Below, piece after piece: positions 24,988 to 32,803 of a stretch of 32,847 bases of DNA. The first letter of the stretch is position 1, and each line of letters starts with the position of its first letter. A program made the translations under genes and the position numbers. This DNA is from an uncultured Christensenellaceae bacterium (GTDB taxonomy: Bacteria > Bacillota > Clostridia > Christensenellales > UMGS416), in assembly GCA_964509795.1 (NCBI GenBank), contig CAZDZB010000003.1:1-32847 (forward strand). Reading direction: 5' to 3'. A model generated the notes under the pieces. The model saw nothing but the letters and a program-made list of their open reading frames with translations. It had not been told where the DNA came from and made no database searches.

Positions 24988-26832
24988 CTAATTTGCAATT
25001 CTTTTTCCCCAAATCCATACGCTTTCTCTGTATGAAGTGAAGAAACTGTCGATGTATATTCCGCCCGGGTCACTGTCGCCTTTGCTTGTGCTGTGTATCA
25101 TCTTACCGTCGCCTATGTATATGGCCACGTGTCCGCTGCTAAAAACGAGCACATCCCCCGGCTTTACATCCTTCATGTCCTCAACAGTAGTGAAGCTTGT
25201 GGTCGTCGCCCATGCTGAAGTGTCTTTATACCCCGTCCTTATGCCTGCTTGGTTTAAAACATAATATACAAATCCCGAACAGTCAAATCCGCCGTCACTT
25301 GGGCTTTTGCCACCCCAAACATATATATATCCTTGGTTCATCAGCGATTTTGCAACGGCTACAATGTCCGCCGCTGACCCGCTGCCTGTAACTGTAGTGC
25401 CCGATGAAGAGCTGCTTGAAGATGAACTGCTTACTGTGTTTTTTATGGCAGATGAGCTGAAAAGCTTGTTATATGTATAGTATCCCACTATACCGTCTGC
25501 TGATAATCCGTTTGTATACTGAAAGTCCTTTACTGCCGCGGCCGTTTTGGTGCCGAAATATCCAGTCACGTATGAACTTGATGACAAATAGCTAAGCTCA
25601 TACAGCCTCTGCTGCACTTCTTCCACGTCAGCGCCTTCCGTTCCTTCATCCAGCTTATATTCCTCGGCCTGGTCGGAATACAACACTTCCAGTGTTTCTG
25701 CCCCCGCTGTCCCGTCCACCTGCAGTCCATGCTGCCTTTGGAAATATTCCATTGCGTATGTTGTGTTTTTGCCGTAATATTCGGTGACTTCCGTTGACCT
25801 CATGTAATGAAGCTCCATGAGCCTTGCCTGTATTTTAGCGATTTCAGGGTCTTCGTCACCCAGTTTGTAAATTATCGGCTCTGTCGTTATGTTTCCTGAA
25901 ACTGTTCCTGTCTCCTGCTCATTGAGTGTGACTTCAACTTCAGCCCCTGCGGAATCACCCTTTTGCTCAGAGCTGCTGAATGACGCGTCAATATCATCTG
26001 CGTAATCAATATATAAACTTTCCTCGTGGGCCGGAATTACTTCGCATGCCTGCTGAGTCTCAACCGGGACAGTGGTCTGAAAAAGGTCTGTCGTAGGTTT
26101 GGGCGAAATAAAATTAAGGCCTTCAGGAAGCTCCTGGGCATATGCCAGCGCGCCCACAAAAACAAGAGAGCATACAATAATAACCGCAGCTGAACCTATC
26201 ATTATCCTTCTGTGCCATATCGGCCTGATTAATGGCTTTATTTCTTCCGCTGCTGCCTCTGATGCCTTTATAATGCCCAGCTTTGCTGATTTAGTTTCGG
26301 CTGTTTGTTTTGTTGTTTTCGCAGAAAAATACTTGCGGGTTTTTGTTTTGCTTACTGGGTACTTTTGATCAATTTCCTTTTGCTTTTCCCGTCTGATTTC
26401 CTCTTTAAGAAAAAAGATTCCCGCATTTGCAAACAGCCTTTTAAAGAAAAAATTCTTTTGAAATTGTTCTTCTTCCTCATTGTTGTTTTCTGTTCTTGTG
26501 TGAGGCCTGTTTCCCTTATATATCCTTGTATTAGGCCTTTCAATGTATTCAGCGCTTTGTTTTCTGCTTTTTTTGACCTGCGCCTTGCCACGGTGCTGTT
26601 CCCTGCTTTTTTTAATTGTATCTGAAAATACAATGGATCTTATATTGTTAATAAATCCTTTGATGTTTCCATAATAATTTTCTTGTTTTGTAATTTTTGC
26701 AATTAAAATGTATACTGAATAATATATCAGCCCGAAAAACAGCATAATTCCAAAACCCATATATAAAAATGGCTTTAGAATAATTTCTATAATATCATAA
26801 TTTTTTAATTTACTACTTTTCAATTTACCCAT
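24988..26832 (-). CDS. NlpC/P60 peptidoglycan hydrolase with two PG_binding_1 domains and a long N-terminal membrane/basic extension
   Basis: - The C-terminus has GGFDCSGFVYYVL ... GHVAIYIGDGKMIHS, the Cys/His catalytic motifs.
- There are two repeats of the ..FQ...GL..DG..G..T type.
- A poly-Ser linker is present.
- The N-terminal 210 aa consist of a TM segment plus a Lys/Arg/Glu-rich region, followed by a second hydrophobic segment that resembles a signal peptide. Confidence 0.85.
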   Translation of the reverse strand: MGKLKSSKLKNYDIIEIILKPFLYMGFGIMLFFGLIYYSVYILIAKITKQENYYGNIKGFINNIRSIVFSDTIKKSREQHRGKAQVKKSRKQSAEYIERPNTRIYKGNRPHTRTENNNEEEEQFQKNFFFKRLFANAGIFFLKEEIRREKQKEIDQKYPVSKTKTRKYFSAKTTKQTAETKSAKLGIIKASEAAAEEIKPLIRPIWHRRIMIGSAAVIIVCSLVFVGALAYAQELPEGLNFISPKPTTDLFQTTVPVETQQACEVIPAHEESLYIDYADDIDASFSSSEQKGDSAGAEVEVTLNEQETGTVSGNITTEPIIYKLGDEDPEIAKIQARLMELHYMRSTEVTEYYGKNTTYAMEYFQRQHGLQVDGTAGAETLEVLYSDQAEEYKLDEGTEGADVEEVQQRLYELSYLSSSSYVTGYFGTKTAAAVKDFQYTNGLSADGIVGYYTYNKLFSSSAIKNTVSSSSSSSSSSGTTVTGSGSAADIVAVAKSLMNQGYIYVWGGKSPSDGGFDCSGFVYYVLNQAGIRTGYKDTSAWATTTSFTTVEDMKDVKPGDVLVFSSGHVAIYIGDGKMIHSTSKGDSDPGGIYIDSFFTSYRESVWIWGKRIAN

Positions 26833-26838
26833 GTCCTC

Positions 26839-26847
26839 ATTATATCA
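26839..26847 (-). promoter_or_regulatory. extended -10 element 6 nt upstream of the nlpC/P60 ATG
   Basis: The minus strand reads TGATATAAT-GAGGAC-ATG. The -35 is weak (TTTTAA at 26862-26867). Confidence 0.35.
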
Positions 26848-26973
26848 CAGCGTCCAAAAAATTAAAATATTGTTATCAAAAGTTTACAATTTTATTAAGT
26901 TGCCGTATTTCACCCTATGCGCTATCATAATACTACCTTTTATTATAAAAATCAATATCTTAAAAACGCAAAC

Positions 26974-27006
26974 AGCAAAAAACCGCTCTGGGAACGGCTT
27001 TTTGCT
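26974..27006 (-). terminator. intrinsic terminator after hydA
   Basis: The 12-bp stem AGCAAAAAGCCG / CGGTTTTTTGCT (one G-U pair) is followed on the minus strand by a U-rich tract. It lies 21 nt after the hydA stop. Confidence 0.7.
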
Positions 27007-27026
27007 TGATATAAGAATTTATGGCA

Positions 27027-28754
27027 TTAATACAATTCTCTTTCAATATACTTAGTATGCAGGTATTCATGGGATTTATGACCGCCGGGTTCGCCCAGCC
27101 AATCTTTATATATCTGCTGTACTGATGGGTTCTGATGGGATTTGCGCAGCTCTTTGCCTCTGTCTTCTGAGTAAAGTGCTTTCGCCCTTTCTTTTCGAAC
27201 ATCAATTTTCAGTCGTGTTTCTCCGTCTACAATAGGCTGTCCGCCACCGTTTATGCAGCCGCCGGGACATGCCATTATTTCAATGAAGTGATATTCTTTT
27301 TCGCCGCTCCTTATTGCATCCAACAGCTTTCTGGCGTTAGAAGTTCCGTGTGCAACCGCTATTTTAACGTCAATATCATTCACTTTTACCGTGGCCTCTT
27401 TGATTCCTTCCATTCCACGGATATCATCAAACTCAATTTTCTTAAGAGTTTCTTTTGTAAGCACTTCATAAACCGTGCGCAGTGCGGCTTCCATTACTCC
27501 GCCTGTTACGCCGAATATAACACTCGCGCCTGTTGAATCACCCAGAAGAGGGTCAAAGTCACTGTTCGGAAGCCTTTCAAAATCCACTCCTGACATTCTT
27601 ATCATTCTGCCTAATTCCTGGGTTGTTATTACTATGTCAACATCATCGCCGAATTCAGGCCTGCCTGCTTCAAACTTCTTGGCAGAGCAGGGCATAACAG
27701 AAACTGAAACTATTTTTTCTCTAGGTATTCCCATCTTTTCTGCGTAATAGTTTTTGATTACCGAGCCCATCATTTGCTGCGGGCTTTTGCATGATGACAT
27801 ATTTGGAATAAAATCATGATAGTTATGCTCCATAAACTTTATCCAACCCGGAGAGCAGGATGTAATCATCGGAAGCACACCGCCGTTTTGCAGCCTGCCA
27901 ATAAACTCTGTGCCTTCCTCCATTATAGTGAGGTCTGCCGCAAAGTCAGTGTCAAACACTCTGTCAAATCCCAGTCTTTTTAATGCAGTTGCCATCTTGC
28001 CGGTTACCGCGGTTCCTATAGCAAGCCCAAACTCCTCTCCAAGGGCCGCACGCACTGCCGGGGCTGTCTGAACTACTACATGTTTATCAGGGTCTGCCAG
28101 GGCGTCCCATACTTTTTTGGTGTCATCAACGATTGTTATCGCTCCTGTCGGGCACGCCTGCAAGCACTGTCCGCAGTTGATGCACGCAACGTCGCCTAAG
28201 CTCATCTTAAAAGCAGGCTCTACAATTGTTTTAAATCCGCGCTCGGTTGGCCCGATTACTCCTATGTCCTGCACTCTGCCGCAGGCTGCCACGCAGCGCC
28301 TGCAAAGAATGCATTTATTTGGGTCGCGTACCATTGCCGGTGATGTTAAATCCAGCTTATGCCTTTTATCTTTTCCGTCAAACCTTATTTCGTCAACATT
28401 CATCTGGTAAGCAGTCTCCTGCAGCTCACATTTGCCGCTTCTGTCACACGTTAAGCAGTTCCTGTCGTGATTTGACAATATAAGTTCAAGATTCATTCTT
28501 CTTGCTTCCTGAACTTCTTTAGTATTTGTTTTTATTACCATTCCCTCGGCAGCAGGCAGTGTACAAGATGCCAAAAGGCTTTTTGCACCTGCGTCCACTA
28601 CGCACACCCTGCATCCGCCGAATTTATTTATTCCATTTAGATAACATAGCGTGGGAATCATTATGCCTATTTCTTTTGCGGCTTTTAAAACAGAAGTTCC
28701 TTCTTCAACCTCCACTTTAATTCCGTCTATAGTTAAAGATACCATTTTTGCCAT
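27027..28754 (-). CDS. hydA: [FeFe]-hydrogenase catalytic subunit (M3 architecture, group A)
   Basis: The 575-aa product has an N-terminal 2Fe-2S domain, the HDRNCLTCDRSGKC cluster and two 4Fe-4S ferredoxin motifs. The H-cluster motifs are L1 TSCSPGW (variant), L2 MPCSAKKFE and L3 EIMACPGGCINGGGQP. Confidence 0.95.
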   Translation of the reverse strand: MAKMVSLTIDGIKVEVEEGTSVLKAAKEIGIMIPTLCYLNGINKFGGCRVCVVDAGAKSLLASCTLPAAEGMVIKTNTKEVQEARRMNLELILSNHDRNCLTCDRSGKCELQETAYQMNVDEIRFDGKDKRHKLDLTSPAMVRDPNKCILCRRCVAACGRVQDIGVIGPTERGFKTIVEPAFKMSLGDVACINCGQCLQACPTGAITIVDDTKKVWDALADPDKHVVVQTAPAVRAALGEEFGLAIGTAVTGKMATALKRLGFDRVFDTDFAADLTIMEEGTEFIGRLQNGGVLPMITSCSPGWIKFMEHNYHDFIPNMSSCKSPQQMMGSVIKNYYAEKMGIPREKIVSVSVMPCSAKKFEAGRPEFGDDVDIVITTQELGRMIRMSGVDFERLPNSDFDPLLGDSTGASVIFGVTGGVMEAALRTVYEVLTKETLKKIEFDDIRGMEGIKEATVKVNDIDVKIAVAHGTSNARKLLDAIRSGEKEYHFIEIMACPGGCINGGGQPIVDGETRLKIDVRKERAKALYSEDRGKELRKSHQNPSVQQIYKDWLGEPGGHKSHEYLHTKYIERELY

Positions 28755-28771
28755 AGTGATTTATATCCTTT

Positions 28772-30619
28772 CTACCTTTTGTAAATCGCGCCGGGTCGGC
28801 AGGCTTCCAAACATGCACCGCACTTGATGCACTTTGACCTGTCGATTTTATGAGGCTGTTTTTTCTCGCCGCTTATTGCATCCACTGGGCATTTTCTTGC
28901 GCACAGTCCGCATCCGAAGCACTTATCAGGATCAACGAAATATGTCAGCATTGCCTTGCAGCTTCCAGCCGGGCATTTGTGATCTTCAATGTGTGCTTTG
29001 TATTCATCTTCAAAATATCTGATTGTTGACAATACCGGGTTAGGAGCAGTCTGTCCCAATCCGCAAAGGGCAGTGAGTTTGATGTTTTTACCCAGTTCTT
29101 TTAATAAGTCAACATCTCCTTTTTTGCCTTTACTGGTTGTTATTCTTTCTAAAATCTCCAGCATACGCTTTGTTCCTATTCTGCATGGAACGCATTTGCC
29201 GCAGCTTTCGTCAACGGTAAAGTCCAGGAAGAACCTTGCTATATCCACCATACAATTGTCTTCGTCCATTATAATAAGCCCGCCTGAGCCCATCATTGTT
29301 CCGATTTGGGCCAAAGAGTCATAATCAATAGGCGTGTCAATATGCTCAACAGGAATACATCCGCCGGATGGCCCGCCGGTCTGAGCGGCCTTGAATTTTT
29401 TGCCGTTGGGAATTCCTCCGCCCATATTATAAATAATGTCTCTTAAGGTTGTACCCATGGGTACTTCAACCAATCCCGGGTTGTTTATCTTTCCACCCAG
29501 GGCAAAAACTTTTGTTCCTGATGATTTTTCGGTGCCCATTGACCTGAACCAGTCAACACCTTTTACTATAATTTGGGGTATGTTTGCGAAGGTTCCTACA
29601 TTATTTATTACTGTGGGTTTTCCGAATACTCCGCTTTGTGAGGGGAACGGCGGCTTCGGCCTTGGCTCTCCTCTTTCGCCTTCAATGGAGGCTATAAGGG
29701 CAGTTTCCTCTCCGCAAACAAATGCTCCTGCTCCCAGGCGAAGCTCTATTTTGAAATCTACTCCTGAGCCCATTATATTCTTGCCCAACAACCCTTTTTC
29801 TTCTGCCTGGCTTATTGCTATTTTCAGCCTTTCAACAGCTAAAGGATATTCAGCGCGGATATATATATAACCTATTGTCGCGCCGATTGTGTATCCTGCT
29901 ATAGCCATGGCTTCCAAAAGCGCATGGGGGTCGCCTTCCAGGACAGAGCGATTCATAAATGCGCCGGGGTCGCCTTCGTCTGCATTGCAGACCACATATT
30001 TCTGGTCAGCTTCTGCCATTGTGAACTTCCACTTCAATCCAGTGGGGAACCCTGCTCCGCCCCTGCCGCGAAGTCCGCATGAAAGCAGTGTATCTACAAC
30101 ATCCATGTTCGACATTGATGTCAGCACTTTATCCAGTGCCTGATATCCGCCTCGCGCAATATATTCATCAATGTCTTCAGGATTTATTGTTCCGCAGTTT
30201 TGAAGAACAACTCTTTTTTGCGCCTTAAAATAGCTTATATCCGTAATGCATGTTACGTTTTCCCTGTCAGCCGCTCCAACTGTATATTCTGTTACTATTT
30301 TTCCGCCTTTTATGTGCTCTTCTAAAACCCTAGCGCATTTTTCAGCATTCATCAAAACATAAGTTGTGCGCTTGCTTCCTTCGTATATTTCTATCATGGG
30401 TTCCAGCCTGCATGTTCCTATACAGCCTGTAATTTTTACTATAGTGTTGTCTAAATCTTTTGTGCCTTCAACCAGCAAATCATATAAAGGCCTTGCTCCT
30501 GCTGCCATGCCGCATGTTGCCATACCAACTGTTATGCGCATACCTTCCCGTGAATTGTCAAGGTAATTTTGAGCTAAGGTGCTGGTTTTGATTTGGTCTA
30601 ATTGTTGTTTTGTAATCAT
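28772..30619 (-). CDS. hydB: NuoF-like NADH-binding flavoprotein subunit of the hydrogenase (HydB)
   Basis: The product has GRGGAGFPTGLKWKF, an N-terminal thioredoxin-like 2Fe-2S region and C-terminal 2x[4Fe-4S] motifs (CFGCGLCARKCP, CIKCGACLEAC). I trimmed the start to the ATG at 30619, 8 nt after GGAGG. The track used a GTG that overlaps the SD. Confidence 0.9.
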   Translation of the reverse strand: MITKQQLDQIKTSTLAQNYLDNSREGMRITVGMATCGMAAGARPLYDLLVEGTKDLDNTIVKITGCIGTCRLEPMIEIYEGSKRTTYVLMNAEKCARVLEEHIKGGKIVTEYTVGAADRENVTCITDISYFKAQKRVVLQNCGTINPEDIDEYIARGGYQALDKVLTSMSNMDVVDTLLSCGLRGRGGAGFPTGLKWKFTMAEADQKYVVCNADEGDPGAFMNRSVLEGDPHALLEAMAIAGYTIGATIGYIYIRAEYPLAVERLKIAISQAEEKGLLGKNIMGSGVDFKIELRLGAGAFVCGEETALIASIEGERGEPRPKPPFPSQSGVFGKPTVINNVGTFANIPQIIVKGVDWFRSMGTEKSSGTKVFALGGKINNPGLVEVPMGTTLRDIIYNMGGGIPNGKKFKAAQTGGPSGGCIPVEHIDTPIDYDSLAQIGTMMGSGGLIIMDEDNCMVDIARFFLDFTVDESCGKCVPCRIGTKRMLEILERITTSKGKKGDVDLLKELGKNIKLTALCGLGQTAPNPVLSTIRYFEDEYKAHIEDHKCPAGSCKAMLTYFVDPDKCFGCGLCARKCPVDAISGEKKQPHKIDRSKCIKCGACLEACRPGAIYKR

Positions 30620-30634
30620 TTTTAACACCTCCAG

Positions 30635-31096
30635 TTAGTATTTCTTAAGTATCTCGGGAATTTCATCCACTGTTACCTGCCCGTAAACATCATCATCGAT
30701 CATCATGACTGGTGCCAGCCCACAGCAGCCCAGGCATCTGGTTCCAACTAATGTGAACTTGCCGTCTCTTGTTGTGTCGCCGGTTTTTACTTTAAGCTCC
30801 TGTTCCAGCTTATCAAGCAAAGCCTGCGCTCCTTTTACGTAACACGCAGTACCCAGGCATAACCCCAGGGTATGTTCCCCGCGCTTTTCCAAATTAAACT
30901 GTGAATAGAATGTCGCAACTCCGTAAACCTCTGTCAATGGCACATCCAGGCCGACAGCAATGAATTTCTGCACTTCAAAAGGCAGGTATCCGAAAATTTC
31001 CTGTGCTTTCTGCATAACAGGCATTAACGGTCCTTTTGACGCTTTCATTTCATCAATGTAGGTTTGAAGTTCATCAAACTTTAATTTGTCTGACAT
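30635..31096 (-). CDS. hydC: NuoE-like 2Fe-2S subunit of the hydrogenase (HydC)
   Basis: The 153-aa product has the cysteine pattern CLGTAC ... CLGCCGLAP of thioredoxin-like [2Fe-2S] ferredoxins. A GGGAGG SD is present. Confidence 0.9.
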   Translation of the reverse strand: MSDKLKFDELQTYIDEMKASKGPLMPVMQKAQEIFGYLPFEVQKFIAVGLDVPLTEVYGVATFYSQFNLEKRGEHTLGLCLGTACYVKGAQALLDKLEQELKVKTGDTTRDGKFTLVGTRCLGCCGLAPVMMIDDDVYGQVTVDEIPEILKKY

Positions 31097-31163
31097 TGAT
31101 AGTCCTCCCTTAAAATTTTTAATTTATTTAAAACAAATCAATTTCAAAATTTACTGTTACATC

Positions 31164-31181
31164 ATGTGAATATTTTAACAA
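31164..31181. promoter_or_regulatory. Rex operator candidate A (hydCBA 5' region)
   Basis: The site reads ATGTGAA-TATT-TTAACAA, matching 12 of 14 defined positions of TTGT[G/T]AA-N4-TT[C/A]ACAA. Confidence 0.45.
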
Positions 31182-31200
31182 TCTAGTCCAATAAAATAGA

Positions 31201-31218
31201 TTGATAAAATATTAACAA
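31201..31218. promoter_or_regulatory. Rex operator candidate B (hydCBA 5' region)
   Basis: The site reads TTGATAA-AATA-TTAACAA, matching 13 of 14 positions of the clostridial Rex consensus TTGTTAA-N4-TTAACAA. It lies just downstream of the predicted TSS. Confidence 0.6.
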
Positions 31219-31229
31219 TCTTCTTGTTT

Positions 31230-31238
31230 ATTATATCA
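31230..31238 (-). promoter_or_regulatory. extended -10 promoter element for hydCBA
   Basis: The minus strand reads TGATATAAT. There is no good -35. It lies about 135 nt upstream of the hydC ATG. Confidence 0.45.
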
Positions 31239-31440
31239 TAGTTAGTACTGATAAAAAATAAAAAATGATTATTACTTTCTTTTTTTCTTCTTAAATTATA
31301 TATAATTGTTTATATTAACTGATTTAACCAGGCATATGACAACAACCTGATAAAAATAGGCAAACCGATAAGTTTTATCGATAATTAATTATCTATAAAA
31401 GAAATCTCAGTATAAAATCCGATTTTATTATTTCATTTTT

Positions 31441-32754
31441 TTATGGAATCAGATGGTTTATATCCCTTGGAAATAAAGTTGTAAATCTGATGTTATCAAG
31501 ACCTAAAATCTGCATAGTCAGCCTTTCTAATCCCAGCCCCAGCCCTCCATGGGGCGGTGTACCATATTTATGAGTCATAAGATAGCTTTTAAAGTCATTT
31601 ATATCCATATCCAGCTTTTTCATTTTTTCAATCTGCATGTCGTAATCATTTATTCTCTGGCCGCCCGTTGTTATTTCAAGGCCGTTTAAAAGCAAATCAA
31701 AACTCAGTGTAACTTCCGGATTTTCCGGGTCATCCATTGTGTAAAAAGGCCTTGCTGAGGAAGGGTAGTGAGTGACAAAAACAAACGGTGAATTATGCTC
31801 TTCCATCGCCCATTTGCCCAAAAGGCGCTCTTCATCAGGTTCCAAGTCCGTATATGTACGTACCGGCCTGTTGTATTTTTCCGAAATCAGCTGCTTAGCA
31901 TCGTGAAACTTAACCGCGGGAATGTCTTTTGCTGACGGCAGTGTGAGATCTAAAAGCCTAAGTTCAGTGCTGTATTCTTTGTTCAGCAGTTCAAAAATAT
32001 ATGATAGCATAGCAGCTTCCATGTTCATTATGTCATAAAAGCTGTCGATAAAGCCCATCTCAAAGTCCAGGGATGTATATTCGTTTAAGTGTCGGGAAGT
32101 ATCATGCTTTTCTGCGCGGAAAACAGGACCCACCTCAAAAACCCTGCCGAACACCGGAACCATTGCCTGCTTATAAAACTGCGGGCTTTGCGCAAGAAAC
32201 GCCATTTTCTCAAAATAATCCAGCTTAAATATATTAGCGCCGCCTTCGGCTCCCTGCGCTACAATTTTGGGCGAGTGAAATTCAGTAGAGTTTTGGGATA
32301 TAAGGTATTCCCTGAAGCCTCTGCAGATGCCCTCCTGAATTTTATATATAGCCCTTGTTTTAGGATTGCGCAAAACCAGTGGCCTGTATTTTAAGTGATT
32401 ATCCATATGCAGGTGGACTTTACCCTTATTAATAGGAACAGGAGAAATTTGCTTAGCTTTTGAAACAACATTTATCTCCTTGCCGTGGATTTCAAATCCC
32501 AGCTTTGAACGTTCCTCGGCAACAACCCTGCCTTTTATTTTCACCCAGTCACCTTCGCCGCAATTATACGCACCAAGATTTTCAATGTCCCAGACCACCT
32601 GGATTACATTGTTCAAAGTCCTTACCAGTATAAAGCAGAATCCGCCCATATCTCTGAGTTTATGTACCGCTCCCTCAATTTCAACCGTTTCAGTTGAATT
32701 TTTAATTTCACCAAGGGTTAATGCTTTTTTTACTTCTCCGGTGACCTTGATCAT
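31441..32754 (-). CDS. aspS: aspartate--tRNA ligase, type 2 (archaeal-like; possibly non-discriminating)
   Basis: This is a class IIb aaRS, with motif 2 FRAEKHDTSRHLNEYTSLDFEMGF (the AspRS type-2 pattern, not AsnRS or LysRS) and motif 3 GGLGLGLERL. I trimmed the start to the ATG at 32754, 6 nt after GGAGG. Confidence 0.85.
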   Translation of the reverse strand: MIKVTGEVKKALTLGEIKNSTETVEIEGAVHKLRDMGGFCFILVRTLNNVIQVVWDIENLGAYNCGEGDWVKIKGRVVAEERSKLGFEIHGKEINVVSKAKQISPVPINKGKVHLHMDNHLKYRPLVLRNPKTRAIYKIQEGICRGFREYLISQNSTEFHSPKIVAQGAEGGANIFKLDYFEKMAFLAQSPQFYKQAMVPVFGRVFEVGPVFRAEKHDTSRHLNEYTSLDFEMGFIDSFYDIMNMEAAMLSYIFELLNKEYSTELRLLDLTLPSAKDIPAVKFHDAKQLISEKYNRPVRTYTDLEPDEERLLGKWAMEEHNSPFVFVTHYPSSARPFYTMDDPENPEVTLSFDLLLNGLEITTGGQRINDYDMQIEKMKKLDMDINDFKSYLMTHKYGTPPHGGLGLGLERLTMQILGLDNIRFTTLFPRDINHLIP

Positions 32755-32774
32755 TTTTTGTCCTCCTATTATGT

Positions 32775-32803
32775 AAATGTGATGCATTTATTGCATCACA
32801 TTT
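32775..32803. repeat. perfect 12-bp inverted repeat in the aspS 5' UTR
   Basis: The repeat is AAATGTGATGCA-tttat-TGCATCACATTT. On the minus strand the hairpin ends about 9 nt before the aspS SD. Confidence 0.6.

Noticed and set aside
25396-25432. Short tandem-looking DNA repeats (gatgaagagctgctt / gaagatgaactgctt).
   Set aside because: They encode the poly-Ser linker of the NlpC/P60 protein. This is low-complexity coding sequence, not a repeat element.
26352-26633. A same-strand alternative-frame 93-aa ORF, plus a plus-strand 106-aa ORF at 26305-26625, inside the NlpC/P60 N-terminal extension.
   Set aside because: The region is purine-rich and Lys/Glu-rich, which leaves several frames open by composition alone. 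Neither ORF has an SD or independent support.
32769-32779. TTATGTAAA, identical to the XerD-arm core of the Firmicutes dif site.
   Set aside because: The adjacent spacer and the would-be XerC arm do not match dif. The sequence overlaps the aspS ribosome-binding region, so the match is a coincidence.
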